A DNA stretch of 64,000 nucleotides from the human T2T-CHM13v2.0 reference genome, Homo sapiens: the NCBI RefSeq assembly GCF_009914755.1, contig NC_060939.1, one strand, 5' to 3'. Of this stretch, positions 25,023-46,640 are shown in pieces (position 1 is the first letter of the stretch; every line of letters begins with the position of its first letter). A program made the position numbers and the translations under genes. The notes under the pieces were generated by a model that saw only the letters and a program-made list of their open reading frames with translations, searched no databases and was not told the origin of the DNA.

Positions 25023-26279
25023 TTAGAACAGGGATGATCTTTAGATTTGTGAAGGCTATGAAATCAAATGACAAGTCTACTTAAGTAGAGTTTTCTGGTG
25101 AGAGGGCTCAGGGCCTTTAATAAGAATTTCAATGTGAGTTTATGAGGAACTGATGTATCACTAAGCTATTAATTTATGTTGAGAAGGGATTAGTACGAAT
25201 GTGATATTCATTCTTAAAATCAGCTCAAGAGATTCAAATGAAAATGAATGCAAAAACACTTTGAAAAGTTTTATATCTAGGTTATAGTTTTGCATACATC
25301 TACATACTATCTGAATATCTTTTGGACATAAGTATTATCTGTCTGATTACACAGTAAACACCTTAAAGACTCCGACTAACACTGCTACTTTGTTGCTCTT
25401 TTTATATCGAACTCCCCTCCCCCAGCAATTTTTAGATACATTCTCTCAGGTTCCTGATGTTGCCTGTCAAAGTTATGAATACACCAAAAGGCACTTACTT
25501 TTTGGCTTAGATTTTGGTTTTTCAATAAATATTAAAGACACTTTTGTATTCACTAATACTAACCCCTTAAACTGGAGAGTCAGCAAAACAGTCTTTCAAA
25601 GAAATCACACATTCTAATAGAACGAAACAAGCTTACACGACACCAATTCTGTAATAAATAACATGCGTAAGTTTCCAACCTGAAACTCCCTAAGTAAAAG
25701 TCACTAGAAACAAAAACTGAAACACCGGGTTCCTGACACCCCACTCCCACACTGAAGCTCGAATTACTTGAGGCTGAATTTTAAAACACTATTACTTCTC
25801 TGTGACTATGAAAACAAATCTATGAACACATATTTCTTACTTACATTTAACCGACGCTCCCCACCCATCCCTTTAAATTAGGCAGAAAACTGAAAACCAC
25901 TAAAAGCATTACATTTTGGTGTCTTCTTTTAAAAGTTATTTTAAATTACTGCTATTAAAACCCCCCCTCCAAAAAAAAAAAACCCTCATAACAGAATCAA
26001 ATGAGCCCTAAGGCGAAGCAGGAGCTACAGTGGGGGAAGGGAATTTTAAAAAGACATCCGTGTTAGTGCAATTAAAGTGCAGTCCTCGAACCGCTAAACA
26101 TACTGGCGCCTTGTATAATTTTTTTTTCTTCCCAAGGGTAAAAAGCGGTAAGAAAGGCTTAGACAATAAAACCCAGAGGTCAATTTTAAATATGCTGGGA
26201 CAGTGAGCAACTATCGAGAAGCATCAAGGTCAACGCAACCTAAGGGGCTCCTCTGATCTTTTTGCGGTAGGTATTTCGC

Positions 26280-27000
26280 CAGACTTCAATGGGCGGGAAC
26301 CGAGTGGGGGGCGGGAAAGTTGGGGGAAAGAGGGTGGAAAAGAGGAGGGTGGAAGGAAAGAGATGAGTAATGGAAAGAGGAGGGGAGGAAAGAGGAGTGC
26401 GAGAGCAGGCCGCGGAGGTGCGGGCAGAGGGGAGGCCGGGCGAGGAGTAGGGGAAGGGAGCCCCGGCCTTGGCCCCGGCCCCGCCCAGCCCCTGGGAGGC
26501 CTGCGCGCCTTCCCGCCCCCTTACCAGCTGGAGCAGGAAGCCCCAGAGTAGGGCGGCCCCGGCAGGGGACAGCCGCCGCTGCGGCCCCATCGGACTGGTG
26601 GGTGCCGGGTGGGACGGCACGGTGCGGCGCAGCTCACTCGGCGGGGTAGGCTCGGAGTCCCGCCGCTGCGCTGCCTCCGTGGCCGGACCGGACCGGACAG
26701 GCGCGGGCGGCCGGGCTACGACTGGACCGCCGCTGCTACAGCGGCCGCCACAGCAGCGCGACTTCCTCTTCCGGCCCCGCCCGTAAGATGCGGAAACCCC
26801 CGCGCCGGGCTCGGAGAGTCCCAGCGCTCTCCCGGTATCCAGGCGTCCCGGCGTCCCGGCGCTACGAGGCCACCGGCTGCGGGTCTGAGCCTGTCGCTTT
26901 CCGGCTGCCCGACTTTAACTCACACCGAAGCCTGGCGGGAGAACGGATTTCTCAAGGCTCGGAAGTGTCTGAGCGTCTGCTCGGTTCCCCAGTAACTACC
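26280..27000. promoter_or_regulatory. SPPL2A: CpG-island promoter of SPPL2A with tandem ETS/GABP sites and GC boxes
   Basis: Very high GC and CpG density versus the flanks. CCGGAAGAGGAAGT (minus strand, 26761-26774), CCCCGCCC (26775-26782), CGGAAGTG (26960-26967); no TATA box seen. Confidence 0.9.
26525..26590 (-). CDS. SPPL2A: SPPL2A exon 1 coding part (66 nt; MGPQRRLSPAGAALLWGFLLQL, most of the signal peptide)
   Basis: ATG at 26590-26588 inside the CpG island; donor CTG|GTAAGG at 26524; phase 0. Confidence 0.97.
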
Positions 27001-27039
27001 CGAGTGTTGCATGCAGCCAGAAATCTAAGGGTCACCCTA

Positions 27040-29240
<2,201 letters not shown>

Positions 29241-29247
29241 GAGGTAA

Positions 29248-29668
<421 letters not shown>

Positions 29669-30033
29669 TGACTTCATCTCTAAATATTCCCATCTGCCTC
29701 TCGTGGCCCTTTGCCTAGTGAATCTCTAAACTGGCTCTTGGGCTATCAGAAGAGCTCTAGTTTTTGTTTGTTTTTATTTTTTGAGACAGGGTCTCACTCT
29801 GTGCCCCAGGCTCTGAAGTGCAGTGGCACGATCTCGGCTCACTGCAGCCTCGACCTCCCAGCTCAGGTGATTCTCCCACCTTAGCCTCCTGGGTAGCTGA
29901 GACTACAGGCATGCACAACCACGACTGGCTAATTTTGGTATTTTTTTTGTAGAGATGAGGTCTCGCTGTGTTACCAGCTGGTCTTGAACTCCTGCACTCA
30001 GGTGATCTGCCTACCTCCCAAAGTGCTGGAACT

Positions 30034-30138
30034 TGTGAAAGGAAAATAAATCTTGGGACCCCAAAATCACTAAGCCAAAGGGAAAAGTCAAGTAGAGAAC
30101 TGCTTAGTGGAAACTTGCCTCACATTCTATTCCTTAAA
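30034..30138 (+). mobile_element. MER4-family LTR 5' fragment
   Basis: TGTGAAAGGAAAATAAATCTTGGGACCCCAAAATCACTAAG matches the recalled MER4 LTR start; truncated. Confidence 0.8.
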
Positions 30139-30169
30139 AGCGGATGGATCTGGGTTGTGTGGTGAATCA

Positions 30170-30630
30170 GGATTGTTAAAGCTCCCCAGATGATTCTAAT
30201 ATGCAGCTAAGGTTGAGAAATGTTGGCTTAGACTGTGATTCTTAAAGTGTGGCTCCTGGATCAGCATATCAGAAATACCTGGGAACTATAAAAAATGCAA
30301 ATTCTTGGCCGGGTGCGGTGGCTCACGCCTGTAATCCCAGCACTTTGGGAGGCCGAGGCGGGTGGATCACGAGATCAGCAGATCGAGACCATCCTGGCTA
30401 ACATGGTGAAACCCCGTCTGTACTAAAAAAAAAAAAAAAAAAAAAAAAGAAAGAAATGCAAATTCTTGGACCTCACCCCACAAACTCTGGGAGTAGCGTC
30501 CATCAATCTATTCTATTAATAACAAGTTCCCTGTGTGATTCTGATGTATGCTGAAGTTTGAGAACCATTGGCTTAAAGCAATGTCCCTCAACGCTGGCTG
30601 CATATTAGAGTGATCTGAGAAATTAAAATG
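30170..30630. mobile_element. MER5A/MER5B (hAT-Charlie) cluster; other MER5 copies at ~3985-4770, 16736-16840, 16978-17045, 31612-31665 and 49695-50452
   Basis: aaagtgtgg..cagcat..gggaact..aaatgcaaattct..gattctgatg..aagtttgagaaccactg motifs. Confidence 0.7.
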
Positions 30631-30649
30631 AAACATAAATCCCATGCTC

Positions 30650-31335
<686 letters not shown>

Positions 31336-31718
31336 GCGCTGAGTGCAGTGGCTCATGCCTGTATTCCTAGCACTTCGGGAGGCTGAGGTGGGTGGTGAAA
31401 GTGGGACCAAGTGACGCATCTACTGAAGAGTTTTGAATAAACTCTTGAGAGGAATGGGAGAACTGCTTGCCCAAACACAAATGTCTGTGCCATCAGACTG
31501 CAGATGCATTGTGACTGTAATCTCTTGAGAAAACTCCTAAGAGGACCCCTGTACTGTCTAGAAGACTATTTAGTTTCACTGATATTCATAATAAAGTCTA
31601 TAATCATGTACTCTGGACCAACATCAGAGCATCACCTGAAAGCTTGTTAGAAATGCGTAATCATGCCAGGAATAGGTACAGTTCTGCTGGATCGGCTGGG
31701 CGCCATGGCTAACACCTA

Positions 31719-31988
<270 letters not shown>

Positions 31989-32027
31989 TCAGAATCAGAA
32001 TCTGCATTTTTTTTTTTTTTTTTTTGA

Positions 32028-32435
<408 letters not shown>

Positions 32436-32823
32436 TGAGTAGCTGGAATTACAGGGGCACACCACCATGCCCAGCTAATTGTTGTATTTTTAGTAGTGTA
32501 ACATTTCACCATGTTACCCAGGTTGGTCTTGAACTCCTGACCTCAGCTGATCCACCTGCCTTGAACTCCTGGGCTCAAGTAGTCCTCCTTTCTGGGCCTC
32601 CCAAAGTGCTGGGACTATAGGTGTGAGCCACCAGGCCTGGCTACAAATTCAATTTTTAAGATTATGACTGGGTCCGATGGCTCATGCCTGTAATCCCAAC
32701 ACTTTGGGAGGCCCAGATGGGAGGACTGCTTGAGCCCAGGATTTTAAGATCAGCCTGGGCAACATAGCAAGACCTTGTCTCTATTTAAAAATATATGAAA
32801 ATCAGGCCAGTCCCGGTGGCTCA

Positions 32824-33171
<348 letters not shown>

Positions 33172-33644
33172 TCACGAGGTCAGGGGTTCAAGGCCAGCCT
33201 GGCCAACATGGTGAAACCCTGTGTCCACTAAAAATACAAAAATTAGCTGGGCATGGTGGCACGCGCCTGTAATCCCAGCTACTCGGGAGGCTGAGGCAGA
33301 GAATTCTTGAACCTGGGAGGCAGAGTTTGCAGTGAGCCAAGATCGTGCCAGTGTACTCCAGACTGGGCGACAGAGGAAGACTCTGTCTCAAAACAAAAAC
33401 AAAAACAAACCGAAAATTAGACGGGCATGGTAACATGCACCTGTAGTCTCAGCTACTCAGGAGGCTGAGGTGGGAGGATTTCTGGAGCCCAATAGCTTGA
33501 GGCTGCAGTAAGCCACTGTACTCCAACCTGGGCAACAGAGTGAGACCCTGTCTAAAGAAAGAAAAGAAAATACCATTTACTGGCCAGGTGTGGTGGCTCA
33601 CGCCTGTAATTCCAGCACTTTGGGAGGCCAAAGTGGGCAGATCA

Positions 33645-35050
<1,406 letters not shown>

Positions 35051-35213
35051 CCACCATTTTCATTTACTGGTTGTGTTGTTGGGTTTGGGTTTGTGTGTCA
35101 ATACCTATCTCTGAACATAACTTCTAGGAGACAATATGTTTATTACCCTTTGCCGGGCACGGTGGCTCACCCCTGTAATCCCAGCACTTTGGGAGGCTGA
35201 GGTGGGCGGATCA

Positions 35214-35471
<258 letters not shown>

Positions 35472-36008
35472 TTAATGGGAATAATCAATGTTACCACCTC
35501 AGTCTCAGTAATTATCTTGTTCACAGATGAAAAAGCTGCTCCAAGTTTCCTGGTGGTGTTTTTCCGAATATCTGACTTTAGCTAAATGCTTGCCTCCTTG
35601 ATACCTGCTTATGAGACATTTCTTCTTGAGCAAAGCATGTGACTTGAATGCTTCCTGGTTCACAGGAGGTGACTAGGAGCAGAGAGGCAAGCTGTCAGCT
35701 GTGGTTTCATCACTGTATCTTCTGTTTACGTGTTCACATGTATTTATTACTGCTCTTGACAGAACTACTGCTCCTTTGAAATTGTGTCAATCAGTGAAAC
35801 ATAGTATATACTTCCTACAAGACAGGTGAATTGAAATGTTGACTTGAATGGCAGGGAGTTCAGAAGAGATGTATTCAGTAGATGGAAAGTTCAGGAGAAA
35901 GGATTTCACACAGCTCACAGTTGGAGGACTCAAGGTGATAGACCAAAACTCAGGCTTTGGTCATCTTCCCTTAGGAAATCTTTTTTTGTTTTGTTTTGTT
36001 TTTTTTGA

Positions 36009-36194
<186 letters not shown>

Positions 36195-36730
36195 TAGCCA
36201 GGCTGAGTCTCAAACTCCTGACCTCAGGTGATCCACCCGCCTCGGCTTCCCAAAGTCCTGGGATTACAGGCGTGAGCCACCGCACCCAGCCAGGAAATCT
36301 TTATAAGCTCTCAGCAAGAGAACTTGAATGCAAAGCCATGCAAGGTTTTATAATGTCTTATAAGTTACTATTTTTTTCTAATTAGCTTCATTTAAAGCAG
36401 TTTTATGACACAAATTATTAGTCTCATGTTGCAGATAAGGAAATTTATGCATATGAAATCTCCCAGCAAGAAATGGTGCCAGAAATTAAATCCAGTTGTG
36501 GGTGCTCTATAAATGTTTATTAAATTAAGAAATTTTGCTAATAATTAAGAAGCCAGTGTTGTGGTTTTGAATATTTTCGAGTGTGACTAAATTACCTCTG
36601 AAATGTCTTATAAAACATAAAAAAGACTCGTCTTTTGAAGAATAACTGGATCTAATTTCAAACAAAATCAACTCTTTAGGTTTCGATTTGCCTAAAAAGT
36701 CCAAGGGTTTCAGCTGGGCGCATTGGCTCA

Positions 36731-37057
<327 letters not shown>

Positions 37058-37738
37058 CTACACTAAAAATGAATAAAAATAGCCTGGTACATAAGATAAC
37101 TTTAGAGATTTTATTTATATACATATATATTCTTTTGTATGAATGGTTTTTAAATACAAATTTTAAAGAAATAACTAATAGGCCAGGCTTAATGGCTCAC
37201 GCCTGTAATCCCAGCACTTTGGGAGGCCGAGGTGGGCAGATCACTTGAGGTCAGGAGTTCGCGACCAGCTTGGCCAACATGGCAAAACCCCATCTCTCCT
37301 AAAAATACAAAAATTGGCCGGGCGCGGTGGTGTGGGCCTGTGGGCCCAGCTACTCAGGAGGCTGAGGCAGGAGAATCGTTTGAACCCAGGAGGTGGAGGT
37401 TACAGTGAGCTGAGATCATGCCACTGCACTACAGCCTGAGTGACAGAGTGAGAATCCCTCTTAAAAAAAAAAAAAAAAAGAGATAACAAATTGTAAGCTA
37501 GAGTTACATTGTTCTTGGTGTTGAGGTATACCAAAGGCTGCTATTGTCTGTATAAATCAGTGTTGCTGCAAGGAACAGTAGTTGACTTTAGATATTGCTG
37601 GAAAAAGCAAAACCCAATCCATATCCAAAGTTTTCTGGCATAGTGGATTGATTCACATATTAATCAAATCCTCCTCTGACTCCAGGTAAATTAATTTATA
37701 TGATTTTCTTGGTTGGGCACTACAGTATTAACTATTGA

Positions 37739-38059
<321 letters not shown>

Positions 38060-38330
38060 TGAGCCACTGTGCCCAGCCTGAAGTTGTTTATTTATAGGAG
38101 CCTCCAGATTAATAAACTATCACCCAAAGCAAGTAAATGCAGTCAGATCTTTTTGATGCACAAGGATAATTTTAGACTTCTAAGATGCCATTTGTTACAC
38201 AGCAGTATACTTTCCACATGACTTTTCTGGCTCTATTTTACTATGATTCTATGAAATATGCCTGCTCAGCAGAAAACAGATTCAGGATTTTTGACTAATA
38301 GTGCAATTCCACTAATAGCCACTGCTATTA

Positions 38331-38719
<389 letters not shown>

Positions 38720-38738
38720 TTAAATCAGTATTTGTCAG

Positions 38739-38739
<1 letters not shown>

Positions 38740-38768
<29 letters not shown>
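38740..38768. repeat. (TG)n microsatellite; also (TG)n at 22060-22079 and (TA)n at 33884-33903 and 43527-43552
   Basis: Direct reading; all lie next to Alu tails. Confidence 0.92.
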
Positions 38769-38774
<6 letters not shown>

Positions 38775-38797
38775 GTTTTGTTTGTTTGTTTTTTTAA

Positions 38798-39147
<350 letters not shown>

Positions 39148-39597
39148 TAGCCTGACCCCCATGAGTTTTTTGCTGAAAATACAAACTATATAATTATATT
39201 TTCTCTTTAAGAAGTCTTGACATTATTAGACACCTCCCCTGGTTTTTCTTGTTTTTCATTAACTTATACTTGGCATTCTGTGTCAGGTGTACATGCCAGA
39301 GATCACGATGATAGGGCCATGTGATATTGCTGGCCTAGTCTAGGCATTAGTGTGCAACCCCATCAGCAAGTACAGCCGGTCATTTGCAGTCACCTGGATC
39401 AGCTGAGATGGGAACATCAGTTTAAATGAAAGTGTATTTAGAGAGGTGACCCGCTGTCACGAGATAAAGACCGAAGGCCATGAGTTTAAAATTCAGTAAC
39501 AAAAGGGTGGAGCTCTGGAAACTGGGAGGAGTGAGAGAAGTATTTTACAACTTATGAACATAAATGGGCACTATATATCCTTTTAAAAAAAATATAA

Positions 39598-39909
<312 letters not shown>

Positions 39910-40364
39910 TGAGTAGCTGGGATTACAGGTATGGGCCACCACGTTTAATTTGGTATTTTTAGTAGAGAAAAGGTTTTACCATGTTGGCCAGGCTGGTCTT
40001 GAACTCCTGACCGCAAGTCATACGCCCACCTCGGCCTCCGAAAGTGCTAGGATTACAGGTGTGAGCCACTGTGTCTGGCCCTATATATTCTTTAAATTTA
40101 CCTTTTTTCTTGAAGTATAATATAAAGACAGGAAAGTGTACATATTGCAAGTGTAGACTTTGATGAGCTTTCACAAACTCAACACATCTGTGTGACCAGC
40201 ATCCTTTCAAGAAACTGAGCATTTCTATCTACTCAGAAGTCCCTCTACTGTTCTCTTCTAGCTGGCTTTTGCTCCCAAGAATAACTGTTTTCTGACTTCA
40301 ATCACACATATTAGTTTTGTCTCTTCTCAGATTTTGTTCAGCTCTATGTTCAGTAACTTTTTGT

Positions 40365-40475
40365 TGGTAGCTTGAAACTGGCCGTAGTGGAAGTATTTAC
40401 GCCACAGAAATCGGCAAATCAGGGTGTTGCCCCCATCCCTGAGCTAGATGTTAAACATTTATGAGCACACCACCG
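40365..40475 (+). mobile_element. MER63-like hAT fragment
   Basis: tagcttgaaactggcc..gtatttacgccacagaaatcggcaaatcagg..gttaaacattta..gcacaccac. Confidence 0.55.
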
Positions 40476-41565
40476 AGTACAGAAGTAAATAAAACTAACA
40501 AAAATCCTTGCCTTCATAGAGCTCACATTCTAGATGGGGAGAAAGACAAAATAAGTAACTGAATTATGTTAGAAGTATATTAGAAAAGGCTGGGCATGGT
40601 AGCTCACACCTGTAATCCCAACACTTTGGGAAGTCGAGGTAGGAGGATTGCTTGAGCCCAGGAGTTTGTGACCAGCCTGGGCAACATAGGAAGACTCCAT
40701 CTCTACAGAAAATAAAAAAAACTAGCTGGGCATGGTGACACATGCCTGTAGTCCCAGCTACTCAGGAGGATGAAATGGGAAGATCGCTTGAGCCCGGGAG
40801 GTTGAGGCTGCCTTGGGCCATGGTTGTGCCACTGCACTCCAGTCTGTCTCAAAAACAAGAAAAGAAAGAAAAAGTATATTAGGAGAGGAAAAACACTAAA
40901 GAGAAAAGTTAAGTTGAGTAACTTCTTTTTTAAAAAGAAGTAAGGAGTCTGGGTGGTGGTAAGCATTACAATTCTAAATAGGGTGGTCAGGAAAGGCCTC
41001 ACTGAGAACATAATATTTGAACATTAATTGAAAGGAAGGGGAGGAACAAGCCGTGAGTATAGGTAAGAGAAGAGTAGTTTAGGCAGAGAAAACAGCAAAT
41101 GCAGAGACCCTGAGGCAAGAATGATGCAAGGGGGCCACTAGAACTGGGGCTACATGAGTAAGGGTAGATAGCGCAGGAGCTGAAATCCTAGAGGTAATGA
41201 GTGAAGGTAGTGAGGGGTGGAAGACCAGATTATGAAAGGCCTAGAAGGCCATTGTGAAGACTTGAGATTTTTTTTTTTTGAGACGGAGTCTCACTTTGTC
41301 ACCCAGGCTGGAATGCAATGGCATAGTCTCGGCTCACCGCAACCTCCACTTCCTGGTTCAAGCAATTATCCCACCTCAGCCTCCTGAGTAGCTGGAACTA
41401 CAGGCACGGGCCACCACACCCAGCTAATTTTTGTATTTTTAGTAGAGACAGGGTTTCACTATGTTGGCCAGGCTGGTCTCGAACTCCTGACCTTGTGATC
41501 CGCCTGCCTTAGCCTCCCAAAGTGCTGGGATTACAAACGTGAGCCACTGCACCTGGCCGAATTGA

Positions 41566-42243
<678 letters not shown>

Positions 42244-43609
42244 AGCAAACCTTGCTGGGGTGGACTATAGTGGTTTTTAGCCTTTTTACAGATGTTGCAT
42301 TTGCCCTAGCAGATCTTTTGGCAAGAACACCTTGGTACAGGAATCCTGGAGCCATTTGATTTCTGCTCAGATTGTAAGTTTCTATTTCAGGACCTTATAT
42401 CTAAAAGTAGCTTTATATAAAACCTGTAATCTTCTCCAGAGACATCCTCTAGTATTCATTTATATATTCATAAAAAGAGAGTGATCACTGGCTATTACCT
42501 TGCTTGTATAACCTGTTGTGAAAAGCAAGGATGGCATTGATGCAAATTACTGGTCAAAGATGGCCCAAATTATAGCCTAGAGACTTTAATTTATTCATTT
42601 ATTTATTTTGTGGCTGTTTTTAATGCATGCATTCAGGTTAAGATGTGATTAAATCAGAGATGTAAATTGCTCTGAGATATAAATTGCTCAGAGTTAAGAA
42701 GTGCAAAAAAAAAAATCCCATAATCTTTTTTGTGAGAAAGGATGCTTTTTAGCATGAATTCAGGGTTATTCACCCCATCCTTTCCTCAGTGCTCCCACTC
42801 TGGGTGTGGTATGGGACTGTTAAAACTCTGGCCAGGGACTTTTCTCTAGTTGGTGAAATGAAGGAAAAGCACTCACTCAACTTCATTAAAAAGGCAGTTA
42901 TCCTGTGAGCTTCTAAACTGGCTTATGTAGAACAGAATGATCCATGAGCAGCTGGGAGCTCACTCTCTATATTCTGATATGAGATGGGATCTTTGGGGGA
43001 ACATGTGTTTCATGGGCATAGGTAAGCACAGATCCTTTGAGCTAAGGAGGCCTGGCTGACACCTGTGGTTGCATGCGGATACTTCTCTGAGTTGGGGTCG
43101 GTCTTATCTTTTTCCTCCTCCCTCAGCCAAAAATAGCTCAGAGATCTCCAGACTGGCAGCAGAGTCGCTCCCAACTTGCCCTCTGAGAAGACTCTGAAAA
43201 GTTTGTTCATGTTAAAATATAAATGATTGGCTAGGAAGAAGGGTAGCTCATGCCTGTAATCTCAGCAGTTTAGGAGGCTGAAGCAGAAGGATCACCTGAA
43301 CTCAGGAGGTCAAGACCAACCTGGATAACACAGTGAGACCTTGTCTCTAAAAAAAAAAAGAGAAAGAAAGAAAGTAGCCTGCTGTGGTGGCTCATGCATG
43401 TATTCCCAGCTACTAGGCAGGCTGAAGCGGGAGGATGGCTTGAGCTCAGGCGATGAAAAGTACAGTGAGTTGTGATCGTGCCAATGCACTCCAGCCTGGG
43501 CGACACAGCAAGACCCTGTCTCAAATTATATATATATATATATATATATATAGGTTTAGTGGTTACTTCTTCCAGGAAACTGAGCCAACTGCCTTGTTGA
43601 CTTAAGTCA

Positions 43610-43939
<330 letters not shown>

Positions 43940-43985
43940 TCAGCTAAGCATCTCTAGTGCTCCTGAACTAGTACCACATTCACAG

Positions 43986-44110
43986 TTAGGGGAATGTACC
44001 TCCATTTTGCCTGGGACAGTCCTGGTTTATACCTATTACCCTTGCGTATTTATTAACAGTGCTCCCTTTCACTCTCAAAATGTCTGGATAATAAATTAAA
44101 CAGTCACCTT
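43986..44110 (-). mobile_element. MER94 (hAT-Blackjack) MITE
   Basis: cctgggacagtcctggttta..ccctttcactctcaaaa..gtcacct resembles recalled MER94. Confidence 0.7.
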
Positions 44111-45483
44111 ATTTTATAGCTCTTTCTCTGCCCAAAGCCTAATTAGACTAATAGGTACAAGACAGAATATTTTCAAAATTACTTCCTGGAGTCAGCTTCC
44201 TCTAATCGTCTCTATGCCTTTTTCTCCTTTTTCAATTTTCGTTCTCAAATTGGAAAGCACCAGGAGACAAATGACAGTGCCTGCAATCTTGTTTTTTTTG
44301 AGCAGTTGTTTAAATAATGTAATACATCTTGGTTCTTGAATAAAATCCTAAAGAAGCACATCTTTCCTAGGTTACTCCTTATCAATTTAGTAATTCTTTT
44401 TTCAAACACTTCTTTCTGTTTGTCTAGAAAAACTTGCTTCCTTAGAGAACGCCTTTTATTGAATTATTTCTGGCAATTTGATTGGATTGATTCAATTTTT
44501 TATTTCTACAACTACAGTGACTTGGTCCACAGATTTTAGTCTGGTAGGCATATAATTAGAATTTGTTACAATTTTGCCTTTAGGTCCTATATCTTATGGG
44601 AGATGAGGGCGTGTAGTGTCTAGCATCTGCAAAATGCATTCCCAGCTAGTCTTGCCTAGAGGCAACTGGAACACCAGGCACTCGCAGTGAGCTACACCTG
44701 TATGCATATAAATGGCATTTTAAAAGGAAGAAAGCATAAAGCCACAAACTCATAATGTTCCTTTAGAGCTGGACTGGAACTATAAAAAGCACATAATTTA
44801 GACACACTTTTAGCTGTTCTAAGTTTTCTATTGGTTGTTATAAAAGTTTATGTATATTCATTTGGATTTTTTAAATCAAGCAGATATTTTAACAGTTCGC
44901 TTTACTTGTGCAGCTGTTTTCCCTAAATATGTTGGTTATTTAACTTACAAACTTGCCTTTATAAAAAGTCAGGCTAAAAAGGATTTGTCTTGACCTTTTA
45001 CTTGGCACTTAGATTATAGACTTTCTAAATTCAAGCATTACCTAAGAATTTTCATAATTTTGTCACTGTTGCCCTTTGATTCCAAGTGATTAGAAGTTAA
45101 CCTATTTAATGTCCTTAGGAGCAAAGGGTTAAATCCTAGCATCAAGGTTAGTTTAAAAACAACAGTTGGCCTCCTGTACAAACATTCTCTTCCATTTATA
45201 AACACACTCCTTTTTTTCTTTTTCCATTCTAAATGCCAGTTTACAATTCAGTGAGATAGTTTTCTATTTATAGTGTCTTCACCTTAAATGTTATCCCTCA
45301 AATATCAGCAGTTATTTTTAAAACAGGAAAAAAGGATATCTACTTTCACACCAAAAAAAACTACATTGACCAAGAAAATAATCTACTGTAATAATACCGA
45401 GAGCATGAAAACTGTTAGTGCAAATGAGTTTATCTATCATTAATAACAGCCCAACTCTTCCCATCAACTGAAGAACTTAATTA

Positions 45484-45842
<359 letters not shown>

Positions 45843-46412
45843 TCATGGACTAGGCTTACTTATTGGGGCGGGGTTTGATGGGTCCCAGGTGCAGGCTCTG
45901 ATTCAGCTTTGTGAGTTCTGAGACTGAATTTTATCAGGACATCTGTAAGAAATCACAATAAAACTGGATGGGTGAGGTGGCTCATGCCTGTAATCCCAGC
46001 ACTCTGGGAGGCTGAGGCGGGCAGATCACTTGAAGTCAGGAGTTCAAGATTAGCCTGGCCTACATGGTGAAACCCCATCTCCACTAAAAATACAAAAATA
46101 AGCCAGGCATGCTGGAGCGTGCTTGTAGTCCCAGAGCTACTTGGGAGGCTGAGGCAGGAGAATTGCTTGAACCCTAGAGGCAGAAGTTGCAGTGAGCTGA
46201 GATCACCCCACTGCACTCCAGCCTCGATGACAGAGCAGGGCTCCATCTCAAAAAAAAAAAAAAAAAAAAAGGAAAAAGAAAGAAAAGAAAAAAGAAATTA
46301 CAAGAAAACTAATAAACAGGCCAGGTATGGTGGCTCACGCATGTAATCCCAGCACTTTGGGAGGCCAAGGCCGGCGGATCACGAGGTCAGGAGATCGAGA
46401 ACATCCTGGCTA

Positions 46413-46640
<228 letters not shown>

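Noticed and set aside
43010-43210. 66-aa ATG ORF in unique sequence, with a nearby plus-strand GGTAAG
   Set aside because: No recognisable homology, promoter or partner exon; cannot support a gene from sequence alone.
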